From positions 19,176,871-19,240,870 of the forward strand of contig NC_092676.1 in the NCBI RefSeq assembly GCF_964355755.1: DNA of 64,000 nt. The letters are read 5' to 3'. Below, in pieces: positions 14,511-28,300 of this stretch (its first letter is position 1; every line of letters starts with the position of its first letter). Both the position numbers and the translations under genes were made by a program. The notes under the pieces are model-generated. The model ran no database searches and was not told the DNA's origin. It was given only the letters and a program-made list of their open reading frames with translations. This DNA comes from Antedon mediterranea (taxonomy: Eukaryota > Animalia > Echinodermata).

Positions 14511-17500
14511 AACTTTTTATAAGCATTATAAATAATATATTGTTTGAAGGTTTGCATGGCGAAATCAGGAGTGAGGAGGATCAAAGCATATTAATCAAAA
14601 CGTCGAGGAAATCAACAGTTCTTTCCAGAACTAATATACGTGGTGTACCGCAAACTTTATGTCAGCATGATAAATAAATCATAACATAGTTAAACCACCC
14701 TGACGAGTTACTCACTGTTGGATGTGTATGACAAAAAAAAGATTATTAGCTAGGAAAAGATTACTTTAAAACACATATAATTCAGGTCATTGTGATAGAA
14801 AACTAAGTTGGCGCTTACGAACTGTTAAGCATCACTACACGCTTCCCTTGGGCATATTTCTAGATCATCAAAAATTAGTTTCCATGCTTTTAAAAATGAC
14901 ATTGATAATGAGAACTGTGACTTTAGGGAACTGAATATTTCCGTATGTAATATATTACTTACTTATTTAGTCCGACGTACATACCCGAACTTACATGACT
15001 AGATTCCTCCATAACTTCCTATCTGCCATTTTGACAGCCAGTTCATCTCTCATGCATACCAGTATCCGTATCTGTACATCAATGATGTGAGAGCTGGCCT
15101 TTCTTGTTTTGCAAGCCCATGTTTTGGCTACCACAGCAGAACATCTGAAATAATGTCTTTATTTGCGAAACAATGTTCTGAAAATGTTAATTTACTTCTT
15201 ATTGTTTCTGTTATTGTTGGAACGGCCAAAGAGCCATATAGTACTTTATTCCTAATGTGTTGTTGCCATTTTATGCACGTAGTAGTTTTGAATGACAACC
15301 ATCAATTGCTTTCCCAAGAATTTTTGTTCTTTCTTAACATAGCATTTAAGTTATGAAGAGGTTTAGTCGGTAAAACGTTCAGAAACAAAGTATCCTACAA
15401 TTTTTTTTTTCGATAATAAAATAATATAGTATTAAAAAGTAAAAAATTGCTAATGAAAAGAAGAAAAAAATATAACAAAAGTAAAATAATATGTAAACAT
15501 GGTACATTTAATAATGTGTAACATAAAAATCACTGGTGGTGGCATCGTGGAGGTCCCGTTTCCACGATGTATGACTCTGACGATACTAAACATTATCCGT
15601 TCGCTATCTGTATGCGATTTATGCATAATCATAAATATGACCTATTTATTTTACTGAAAATCAGAATATCAAAAAGTAAGATATTAATTAGATGAATATT
15701 GAAATCCTATTTTGAACACTTGTATTGATAACGTCAATGGTAAATTTCCGAACACGTTAAAAAAAGTCAATTAAAACTATATTAGAACACAGCAAATGTA
15801 GCCCACACTGCTGCCGAAATTGTTTTTATGGTAGAATATTTTTTTTCTGTTTTATTTGTCACTGTTGTTCTTTATTTAACTATAGACAGAGTTTCGTGAA
15901 ATGTTCATATTTTCCAGATTTTAACAAATTGTTGTTTGTTTGTTTATGTATCGAATATACGAAGTTTTTTGTTTTGTTTTTTTTTATCTATTGTTTACGA
16001 TAGATTGATTCTGAAACATATAATGTTCTGTCATGTGACCGTGTGGGGCATTATAACTAATCTAAATGTGTCTCGAGACGGGATTAGGTGAACTATTTCT
16101 TTTCTGCGAATGCTGCTTGATTTTGGAGGACTATTATACCTAGCCTTGCCCCAAGTCTGTAGGCCTATTTATTTTCTTTTTTATTTTAGTCCACCAGTCG
16201 ACTTTCGACTTTAAAAACACAAAGTCCATGAGCGCCACATGGGTGGAGGATACCGGCGCTATATAAGTTTTCATTTATTATTATTATTATTATAATATTT
16301 ATCTTTTTACTAATATTCAAAGTCAAAACTCCGTATGGAACCCAGACTATATTGTACCATGCAATATTTCGAAATCTTCTAGAAGAAAGTTACCAATAAC
16401 TATCTTGAAAATATTTTAATTCTATTTTAATTAAATGAACTAAAATTATTTTACATATAGCAATCAATGCCATGGTAATAAATCAGTTTCTGTCTAAATC
16501 GACCTACCGCTTTTAAACAATTATTATGAACTTGATTGCACCCACTCTAAAGAAATACATTATTTATTTTAGCCCACTATGATATAATAATGAAATGAAA
16601 AAAAGTAAATCGCGGAAATAGCTGGAATTAAATTTCACCTATGTGACATTATGACGTGCCCCAAGTGACAAAATTACTCTCAATACACAGTCGACATAAA
16701 AAATGTATTAGTAAGTTACGAAAACACTATAAATAATATTTATTTCATTCACAAATTTTGAAATTGATTTTAAAAAGGTGAAAAGGGTAATAGAGTTTTT
16801 AATGTAAATACATTCGTAATGACATTTTTTAAAGCGCTATGTCTGCGTGTCTTTCAATGGGAATTAAATACAGTGTGAATAAACCTTTAGTTTAGTGCCA
16901 GTGGAGCATAATTATTATGGAATAAGAAACTATGGATAATTAGTATTGAATGAATGAAAAAATACATATTATGGATATTAGATTCTTAGTTTTGACAACT
17001 CGACAACTCTCTTTTTTCCTTTCGTAAAAAGTATACCTTTTATCATTGTATATGCATAAGATTTTTCCTTATAAAATGATGCAATGACCATGTTTATTAT
17101 ATTTAATTATTATTATTATATACAAGACAAGTTTTTCTTCATGTAAAATCCACTATTATTGGTATTTTTTTTAGGTTTTATTTTGGGTTTATTTCTGTGA
17201 AACGTACAATATCATTATCATTATGGTTGAGCATTATTGGGCCAAAATAAATTATATTGTATTATTATAGCTAACATAGAGGGAATTTCCCAGACGACTA
17301 AATTGGCGGTCAACGTGAGGTAAGCGATATCTAAGTACACGGATACAGTTGCTAGTTTTAATGTAACTAATGTAGAAAGATTTACAGTTTATCTTAGGAT
17401 GTGTGAAGTTACCGGAAATATGCTAATTCATTTAAATGACCTTTGAACTGTTAAAGGTAAAACCAAAATCTGTACAAAACCTAGGCAAAAATACAGTATT

Positions 17501-17688
17501 AGTATTAACTCATTTGTGATTATCAAAACATGATTTCCCACAAGACAAGAAACAATTTCCTCTCGATTGTGACACTTATTACACGCACAAACACGTAGTG
17601 TACATCTAATCTAATAATTACCTAACAAATGTATTGATATTAAACCAATTCAAATTGTAACTGCGTCAAGTTTCTTTGATTTACTCAC

Positions 17689-17938
17689 CATGGATCGAGG
17701 AATGGGTACATAATAGTCGACATTTTAGTTATTTTTTGGCAGAATAGCCCAGTCTAAAGTTTCTCCTAAAGTTTTGGAAACAACTCCAGATGACTATACG
17801 TGATTCTCCATCTCTCGCTCTCCTTTTAAAGTTTCGGTTCAAATTCCACATTATACTTTTTTATTCATTCACCTTTTGCTTTATCTCTCACTTGTTTGCA
17901 ATTAATGCTTGTGGTTTGCGTAATAGATATATTGTCTC
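17689..17938 (-). other. Orphan exon-like segment, possibly 5' UTR or lncRNA
   Basis: Candidate acceptor TTTTCAG|G and donor CATG|GTGAGT. The segment is purine-rich and has no long ORF. Confidence 0.35.
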
Positions 17939-18185
17939 CTGAAAATGAATGATTAAAACATTGTTTGTTAAATATTTTAATGTCACATAATAGTTATCCA
18001 CTGAAAAACTATAATTTAAAGCAAAAATATGTTTTTGGTTGTTGAGTTTAACCATTTATTTTGTCATTTTATAAGTTAGGCCTAAAACATTTTTTTTAAC
18101 GGAAGTGGAACTTTTTTATAACTAAAAATAACCTTTCCAAAGTCTGATTTTATTAATTTTCATGTTTGTGTGGGACAATACATCT
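17925..18185. mobile_element. Copy of the TTAA-flanked MITE family (reverse orientation)
   Basis: AGATATATTGTCTCC ... GGGACAATACATCT|TTAA. The internal sequence is the reverse complement of 6690-7016. Confidence 0.65.
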
Positions 18186-18810
18186 TTAAACCTATGAGAA
18201 ACGGTGTACTAATGCGCTGACAATTGTTCACAATTATTTGTGTTTGATTTGATGGAGGCGTGAATGTGCACATTTGTTTAAAGTATCGCCCATATATTTT
18301 CTGAGTAAGGGTGAGAAATAAATCATGTCATTTGAATCATTTGTTTATGGTTAGTCAGTGCTTCTTTCTTAATTTTTATGTTTCGTTTAATCTGTGATGT
18401 TGTCATTGTATGTTCCATAACATCGTCAGTGCGTTATGATGACGTCTTTCTCACTTTGTATACCTTTGCAGAGAGATTTCTTTGAAAATCTAATTAAGTT
18501 TACTTTATATACTATAACACATCAAACCTTTTGTGCCTAAAAATGTGCTATTGTATGGCACATGTACAAATCATCTTTTGGGAAGTTACATTACACCCTT
18601 CGTTCTATATTTTTTTTTCAACATTCAGAAATTACAATTTTGTTTGTGCGCGCGCCATAGCCGTGTTATTTCAGCCATCTCTAATGAGAGATTTTATTCA
18701 AACGGGCCACCAGCCCCAAAATACAAGTATTACCATGAACATTAGATACAATTGGCGTGGTCTATATATCTTTAAAGTAACACCGTACTATTATGCTTTT
18801 GTTGAATTAA

Positions 18811-19150
18811 AGGTTTATTGTCCCCAGGAAAAAGAATGTTTACATTTTTTTTTTAATATGCCTTTTTAATGTCACATAGGCCTAATACTTAATAGTTATC
18901 TACTTTGACCAAAAAATTAGATCTAAACAAAATTTGTTTACCTGAAAAAACTGTAATTTAAAGCAAATGGTCAAATTGGTTGCCAGCAAATGGATTTTAG
19001 TTTAATTTAACCATTTATTATGTTGTTTTATAAATGATAACATTTTTTTTGTTTCTACGGAAGTAGTAGTATTAAAACTACAAACTTACCTATTCAAAGT
19101 CTGATTTAATTAATATTCATTTTTAATGTTTTTGGGGGTACAATACATCT
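18811..19150. mobile_element. Copy of the TTAA-flanked MITE family (reverse orientation)
   Basis: TTAA|AGGTTTATTGTCCCC ... ACAATACATCT. It shares AAAGTCTGATTT and other internal blocks with 17925-18185. Confidence 0.65.
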
Positions 19151-22100
19151 TAAGTAATGACCTTAGGTACGTTTGAGATACGATGTAGATGATTCGATCT
19201 CTTTCATTGGTGTATAAACGGCATATTAAAACAATAATTATTAGTACAGTGCGATTTCCGTCGTTGTAGAATGTATCATAGATCCATAATTATTTGTATA
19301 TTTAATATGAACTTCACATCATACAGAATGAGCATTAATGTATGGCTGCGTTGAGTCTATTCTTTTTCTATACCAATCGAACAACAGGTAGTTGATCAAG
19401 AATAACAGATATATTAGTTATTATATTTGGGTTGTTGTCTTCTGTTTCTTTAATATGATTTAATGACATTTATTTTAAAGATGTAGCCCTAATTCCAAAT
19501 TTCACAGGCAATAACCTCACTGCAAACGTGTATCCGTCAATCACTGTAGTTGTATTATTTCTGCCACTGGATAGGTATTAACCACAGGTTTGATTATTAC
19601 GTAAATTTTGTGTTGTTATTGTCGTACAACCGTCATTTTGAATTTTGTGACGTCATTAACGGTTCTCATTAGCTGCTATACAAATTCCTTATTTCCAAAT
19701 TTACATTTCCGACTACGACTCAATAATGAAAAACAAAATTTGAGTATTAAAAAGGCAATTTATATAGTTTGTTTTGTACTCCTACTTGTACTTCCAATTT
19801 TAAACCAATACACATATCTGATTGCTGCTCATTTTCTCAAACGATTTTTAGGGATATTTTAAACATCAATTGTAGTTCGTTGATTGACACTTTTTGCACA
19901 CAACAAAAAGAGAAACAACAGAAGATTTTATTTATTTTAAAAAACAGACTAATAGAATATACAAAACACCTGTTGTTATAAAAGTAAACCTGCTATAAAA
20001 ACAGTAAGAGTTCAGTATTATAATGTAGAATTCTTTATAATATGAATATTTCATAATTATTTTAAAATCTTTCCTATTCCTTATTACAAACATCGATGAG
20101 TCATTATTACGGTCGTCATAATAATACAGTAATAAGTATAACAAATTGTCAGTCATAATATCTAGAGAATATCTAAAACGTATATTTGTATTTTTCTGCA
20201 TGGAAAAGTTATAATCTGGGCCTCCGTAGATAAATAACAGCCATGATCCAGGCCTCCGTAGTTTAATACAATGGAATTGAATTAAATGGACCGGTTAGAT
20301 AGTATATGATATTATCAATATCGTTTTAATCATCAATTATTGTCTTCATACTTTTCTCCTCTTCATTTAAAAGGTCTGTTGACCACCTCAGTGATGATCA
20401 TTAAACGAGTCAGGAAATTAACGATAAATGCATCATCATTTTACACTTCATTATTCCTCCAACTATAGATGTGAAGAAATGAGACGAATGACGTATTTAA
20501 CTAATACGATATGATAATAGGAAACAAATCAACTTGCCAACCGATGCTGTAAACAGTCAATTACTTATTTTCTTGTCATTTTTCATATCGTGTAATTACT
20601 CCTCCTAATATTATGTATTTTAACAGACACTATGTAATGATTGCGCGGATATAGTATGGCCTATCTGTGTGCTAAACATTGAATAGTTTTACTTGTGAAA
20701 AGGGAAGTATATTCCTTATTAACTATTTTATTTGTGTATGTTTGGTGTAGGTCTATGTAATTTTAAAGTTTTATAGTAGGGGAGCCCTTTTAGTAATATT
20801 AATAAAAATGTTCTTCTGAGGGCCCTACGACACATTAAAAACACAGTAATTTAAAACTCCTTCAACTAACTAAATATTTCCCTTTATAAAATTGACACGT
20901 CATTCAAGCTGAGTGCATTTGAACAACTGATTTGTTTGGGTTGTTAGATAAATCATGTCTGATGCCACCAAACTTTCGCGCTAAAATCAAAATTGTGAGG
21001 CATTTGATAAATAGGCAAACTTCCTAAAATACCGTGACATATTTCGAGAATTTTGTTTACATATTTTTTTTTGCTCTGCAAATAACAATATATTGACAAT
21101 ATATATTGATGACAGCAAAAAGCCTTATAATTCAAAATCTCGAGCTATCTGTATCTTCAACATTGGCCAATATATTAAATAGCGCGCCCTCTGTGTGTTT
21201 CGGTCAGTTTTTTTTTTATAAAGTTTGGTTTTTTTTGTCTTTTTTTTGTATAAATAATTTGGCCCACTAATTAATTAAGGATTTCTCAGATTATGTTTAC
21301 CTGTTGCATTACTGATGAAGTTAGGAAAAGCTTGTTTACTCGTTTGTGAAAATTGAATTTTAAATGTAATTGTAAAACTGTTTTTCTAAATGTTTTTCGA
21401 AAAATTTAATCCAATAACCTTGAATAATCGGATGTTACTTTTTCTTAATTATTATTTTGAAGTTTAAAATGAAAATGTTCACCGTTGGTAAATTATTAAT
21501 TGTTTTATTGCATAACTATTTTTTTATCTGACTGTCGGACCTCAATACTTAAGAGAGAAATACTATTTGGGGGAATTGGCAATATCAGCACTGTGGTGAT
21601 GTTACAAGAGTATATAATATAGATTATCTGATAAAACTCATAGAAAGTAGGAGTTGTGGCTTGGTGGTTATTATGCTACCAATCCAAGGGTCCTGGGTTC
21701 AAGTCCTATCATATGGAAAGATTTTTTCTAATGACAAATTACTACTACAACTTTACTCCTAAAGACTTGTAATAAGACTTTGTTTATGTAGAGCATCTTG
21801 TGTATGTTTACTTGTGAACAGGATTGCCAACTTTAAGAAGGATAGTGAATGAATTCCTTGGCAATTTGCCTAAACATATAAAAGCAAAGGAAGCCTTTTG
21901 CCACTTTTCTTCTGACTAATTAGCGACAAGTACGTTTTATTTTCTATACATTTAGGTAGCATTTAAATACTAGACCATACAGACACTTTATTGGTCTCGC
22001 ATAAAATATACTTGAAATTAATACGTTGTTGGCTCATGTCGGCTTATACAAAAATCAAAAGAACCTGCTAAGCAGTGACAGTACATGTTTTGTTTTATAA

Positions 22101-22899
22101 CAACTAAAAGTTAGATACTAAAGATAACAAGGCCATATACATGGCTGCAGTTGCGTGCGCAAATTTGAGTTATTGTTTACCGACCGACATTAGTGAGCTA
22201 TAGAGTCGCGTTGTAAAACGATAATAATGATTCCAAGTGGAGATGAAGTGCATGTTTTGTTTATCAAGATTTCTAAGATGTTTATTAAGTATTAATAGGC
22301 CTATTATGTATCAAATATTAAAAAAGCAATATTTAAATTTAATTTATGAACAATTAACAAGTAGAATATACAAATTAAAAAAGAATTTATTAACTGTTGA
22401 TAAAGTTTTGTTTTTTGTTGCCTATGAATTTATAATTCAATTTATATTTGATTTGATTCGATTTTGAAAATATCAATAAACCCATGTTGTGACGCATTTG
22501 GTGTTTTTTTGCAAATTAATATTGGAAATTTAATACACAATTATATATAATTATCTACTATTTTAAATTAATTTCTCAAAAGATTTTTCATTAGTGACCG
22601 ATTAACTAGGGTAATACAATAAATGGTATATGGTTACTGGTTACTATCCAAGCTATAAATATTCAACTGCCTAATAAAATAACGTTGATTAATTCTAAAT
22701 AATTAAATTTCTAATCCTATGGTGAATTGTTCTAATTGTTTTAAATGGAGTCGATTGGAAATTTTAATTTTCCCTACGGAATTCATAACGCTTCCGTATG
22801 TGTGTCAGAAACATCCCTTAAAGGAAATGGACTGTATACGAATACACACATCTATACGTATAGGAACACAGTACTGCGTCTATGATTGATACGTCACGA

Positions 22900-24530
22900 A
22901 TGTAAGTAAGTACAGGGAAAGGGGTAGACATTAAGCACATGTATAACACTCTGACCAATTTGTCCATATCCATTTGTATACTCTAAACACTTTATGGATA
23001 TAACAGCAGCATCATGTAAGTAATATTAAAACATTTCCTCTAAAAACTGTTCAACGATTTATGGATATATCAGCATCATGTTAGTAAAGGAGTAGACACT
23101 GAAACATTTGTAACACACTGAATATTATGGATATAACATCAACATGTTAGCAAACGGGTAGAGGCTATTATGTACGACTCTGAGCAATATATAGATATAA
23201 CATAATGGAACTAAAGCGTCTGTAACACTCTAAACACTGTATTGATATAACAGCATGTCATGGTAGCAAACGGGTAGGCACTAAACGTTTGTAACACCCT
23301 AAACACTATATGTATATAACATCATCATGTTAGCAAACGGGTAGAGACTAAACATTTGTACGTCTATGAGCACTATATAACATCATGTAACTAAAAGGGA
23401 TAGACACTAACACGTCTGTAACACTCTAAACACTGTATTGATATAACAGCATGTCATGTTAGCAAACGGGTAGAGACTAAACATTTGTACGTCTATGAGC
23501 ACTATATAACATCATGTAACTAAAAGGGATAGACACTAAAACGTCTGTAACACTCTAAACACTGTATGGATATAACAGCATGTCATGTCATGAAACGGGT
23601 AGGCACTAAACATTTGTAACACTCTAAACATTGTATGGAAACGGGTAGGCACTAAAACATTTGTAACACTCTAAACACTGTTTGGAAACGGGTAGACACT
23701 AACACGTCTGTAACACTCTAAACACTGTATTGATATAACAGCATGTCATGTTAGCAAACGGGTAGAGACTAAACATTTGTACGTCTATGAGCACTATATA
23801 ACATCATGTAACTAAAAGGGATAGACACTAAAACGTCTGTAACACTCTAAACACTGTATGGATATAACAGCATGTCATGTCATGAAACGGGTAGGCACTA
23901 AACATTTGTAACACTCTAAACATTGTATGGAAACGGGTAGGCACTAAAACATTTGTAACACTCTAAACACTGTTTGGAAACGGGTAGGCACTAAAACATT
24001 TGTAACACTCGAAACACTGTATGAATATAGAAGCATGTTAGTAAAGGGTTAGACAATAAAACACTTGTAACCCTCTAAACACTGTATGGATATAACAGCA
24101 TGTCATGTTAGTAAACAGGTAGGCACTAAACATTTGTAACACTCTAAACACTGTATGGTAACGGGTAGGCACTAAAACATTTGTAACACTCTAAACCCTG
24201 TATGGTAACGGGTAGGCACTAAAACATTTGTAACACTCGGAACACTGTATGAATATAACAGCCTGTTAATAAAGGGTTAGACAATAAAACGTTTGTAACA
24301 CTCTAAACACTGTATGGTAACGGGTAGGCACTAAAACATTTGTAACACTCGGAACACTGTATGAATATAACAGCCTGTTAGTAAAGGGTTAGACACTAAA
24401 ACGTTTGTAACACTCACTGTATGGATATAACAGCATCGTGTTGATAAAATGTTAGACATTCTACATGATGGAAAGCAGGGTAAAAAACATCACCCTGAAC
24501 ACTCAAATGCATCATGTTAGTAAAAAGGAG
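22900..24530. repeat. Complex minisatellite with variable ~45-70 bp units and a 292-bp higher-order duplication
   Basis: The core GGGTAG[G/A]CACTAAAACATTTGTAACACTCTAAACACTGTATGG is repeated throughout. 23401-23692 is duplicated at 23693-23984. Confidence 0.9.
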
Positions 24531-25377
24531 GATGGGGTTGGTACAGTACACACTGAAAACAGTAACTCTAATCCATGGATATATTACAACCATGTCATGT
24601 AGTACGTGAGAAAATCAAACACAGACACATTTTTACTATAGAAATCTACCGTATCTGATTACCTCTTTAATATGTTCCTCATTTATATTACATAGAATTA
24701 CCGTACTTTCCAAGAATTCTCAATTTTAAAGCCTTATATTCATTTGCATCCATTACAATATTCGATAAAAAAAGAACCTAAAGACCTGTTACTTTTGGTT
24801 TTGAAAAGGCTTGTGTGTTGGCTACTGTATAGAAAACTGGTACGCTTTACCAACGACATAGAGCCAAACGATGGATAGAATTACACTTTTATATACAGAT
24901 CCTTTAGACATTTGTAAGATCGTTCATGTTAAATTTTCTTTCTTAACCCTGTGTAACAATTATCCCAAACGTTATTTAAACACTTTTTTTTAAATTAACT
25001 CATGCAGCCTAAAAGTTAATAACTTCTTTAATGTACAATATGTATTTAAAAAATATTTCTGCTTTATAATGAAATTGAGAACAAATCATTTCTTTTTTTT
25101 AATTATACCTTCTTTATAAAAAATATACATGTATATTCATAATGTTTAACTTTTAAATTCAATATAGATTTATTAGTATAGTAATGGATCAGTAATGTTT
25201 TAGACATGACAAAATCTTTATTATTCTATCACATTATACAGCTTTTATAGTAACTTAATCGTTGCGATATTCTCCCATAATGCATGTCTCATGCGCACAG
25301 GAAGACAGCGATTACAAAAGATACGACCAGTCATTAATTACGTATTAAATCACAGGGAAAAAGATAACGTGTGCGAT

Positions 25378-28300
25378 CTATTTCTTAGTAACAACAGAGT
25401 CGAGTTGATCCCGGATTTTTCCTAATGCATCCAACATGGTATCCAATGTCTGTTTGTTTAATTCTAAATCCACAGATGAATCGCAACTAAATTCTTTATC
25501 ATCTTTTGCGTTCTCACGTGTCTGAAATAAATATAAAATTGAGATTTTAAAGAAAAACATTTAAAGAGAAATTACATATTTAATTAAGAGTAACTTCAAG
25601 TAAAAAATTGCTATTAAACACAAAATATATTATTATTAATTATTTTGAACTAGTTTTAAAAGATATTATATAACCAAAATGTCATTGAAATTTGAGATGG
25701 GCCTATAAACAAATTCATCATCTTTTAACCATGACAATAATATGTTATACTTCAGTGCGGTCACTAATTGTATTTTTATTTAAGGCTGTGTTTCCGCAGC
25801 CCAAAATGAACTAATAATTAACCTGTGGAAATAGGGTTTAACCGATGCCACTCAAGAAAAATTCACTAATAATTATCTCATTCAAATCAGATAATTAACA
25901 GATAAATGCAATAATTTTTAACCTTTGACCTGAAGGGCAAATTGTTGCAATGTGATTGGGCATCTGGTTGTTTGGTAATGACTGATAATGCGGCACTTTC
26001 TTGCTTAAAAAATTAAACGATAATTTTGTTTTGGCTGCGGAAACACGGCCTTAAACAATATACATTTTAAAATCTGGAGTGGTCCTTTAAAGCAATTATG
26101 CGATCAGATCTCTAGTTTTTGTTTTCATGCTTAATGGCAAATATTTTAATTGAGATTACCAAGATAACCACTTAATCCAGAATAAAATGTTTTAAGATTT
26201 TATAGTGATAACATTTCAGGTATGTTCATTGAAAAACATAATTTGATGTGTCCAACTGAAACAAATGACTTAATCGCTGCGAAACCGCATTTTCACGCTT
26301 AATATGAAGCATAAAGCATTTGATGCTACCTAATCCATGTAAACTTTCTCCATCAAAGTTATAAAAACAGTAATTGTAGTTTGATAAATAAATTAATAAA
26401 ATAATAATTTCATCTGGTTTCAGTTTGGTAACATATTTACAACCATCTGAGAACGAATGGACACCAAGGCTATCAGAAAACCTTATAGTGGCTGTGGTGG
26501 AGTACAGTCGATCTCATACAACATATTAACTGATGAAGTTTAGCAGGTATATTTAGAAAAGTTATTTAGAAGATCTTTTTTTTTTCTCCTTTAGCCATCT
26601 CTTTCTTTGGAATTGCTATTGCTAACAGTAGCACACCATTATTACCACTAAACAAAAGTCATTAACATTTTTAATTGAATAGAAATAATTTATTAATTTT
26701 AAGTAATTTAAAGGATGGTTCATCAATATTTAAATAAGATTATAAGTGTTTTAATGGTTTAAAAACACTATTGTAGAATGGCCCAGGGAGCCCCTGGGGC
26801 ACCGGTCCAGTTTAAATCTGTTAAATCTGATCAATTTTATTAAACTTTATTTAATAACAACTTTTTAAATGCAAGTACCTGAAGGTTTAGGAGACACGTT
26901 GGTACCGACATTCGAGAAATTGAATCGGAACACGTTTTTACATCCACTCTCCAATCAAAATCTACTAGACGTGGTAAGGACACTGAAACAAAAAAGAATT
27001 GTAGAAAATTGTAGAGAATTGAATATACTGTATATCCTTTAGTGTAATATAACTTTGGGGGTGGGACTATACCGTGGGAAAACCCTAGTTCAGGAAAAAA
27101 TCATTTCTTGAAAAAAAACTGATCTGAACTGGCTAGAGAGAGGTCTACATCCAGACCAAAAGTCAATACTGGGACTATACCTGGGGATATGCATGTTTGT
27201 GTTTGTGAAACATAAAGTAGGGGTGGGATTAGACCCAAAGTGGGATTATACCTGAGGATATACGGTAATGCATTTTAGTTATTGATAATACAACAAAAAG
27301 CCTAATATTGTATTTAAAAGCGTTAGCATACCTTGGTTATTAATAGAACTTTTTCTCCAAGTTGGTCTGGAAAAAAAATGTTAATTTTTTTTTAAACCAA
27401 TTAAATAATCAATCATTTGCCATTGATATGAATTATAAAATTGTATAACTGTAGATAGAGGGCAGTATATAGTATCATATTTTACAAACACCAAGTTGAC
27501 AAAGTTCATAGCATTGGTGTCATCATCATATAATTTATAAGTGTACCCCCAAGATAACAAAAAACAATTCACTCTTCCAATCCCTTTCCAGGGGGGCGGA
27601 TTCAAGGGGCCCATTTGGCCCAGGCCACCTCTAAATTTCACACATTGTAATGCAGAAGTTAGGACATCAAATAAAGTTCAATACTTCATTTCACTACTTT
27701 AGCCCATGAGCCCACCTTCCCCCTATATCAAAATCCTGGATCCGCCACTGCCTCCATTAATTTCTTCATTCAAATTCATTACTTCTGTCTCTCTTACATT
27801 TCTTAAATTGCAATTAAAATCATCCTTCCCCACCACCCCTATTTTACTGAACATTCCAATTGTGCGATTTTACAGATCATTATCTGAAATAAAACTCCGA
27901 AATACTTACAAATATTCAGCTATTATTTTTGACAATAAGTCTTTTAGACTTTTATGAAAATCACCTGAAATATATAAAAATATTTTATCATCATCACCAA
28001 ACATTTAGATATTAAATTATCTTTTTTAATATCTAGCTTTAAGAACCAGGTAAATCATTTCTATTGACTATACTATACATTTCAATAATATATAATTTCC
28101 TTTCATAATTTTTTAGACAATAAGCACAAACTTAGGGATAGTTCAAATTACCCACTAAAATCCCAATCCATTGTGCACAAAAACGGTGCAATACAGTAGG
28201 TATAAATCAAAACACATTAATAAATGAGTGGAGGGATAAATAAAATTACCCACTAAAATCCCAATTCCTTGTGCACAAAAACAGTGTAATCAAGTTATAA

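Noticed and set aside
21180-21200. CTCF-like motif (CACACAGAGGGCGC on minus strand)
   Set aside because: It is a single imperfect match in repeat-like sequence and cannot be supported without data.
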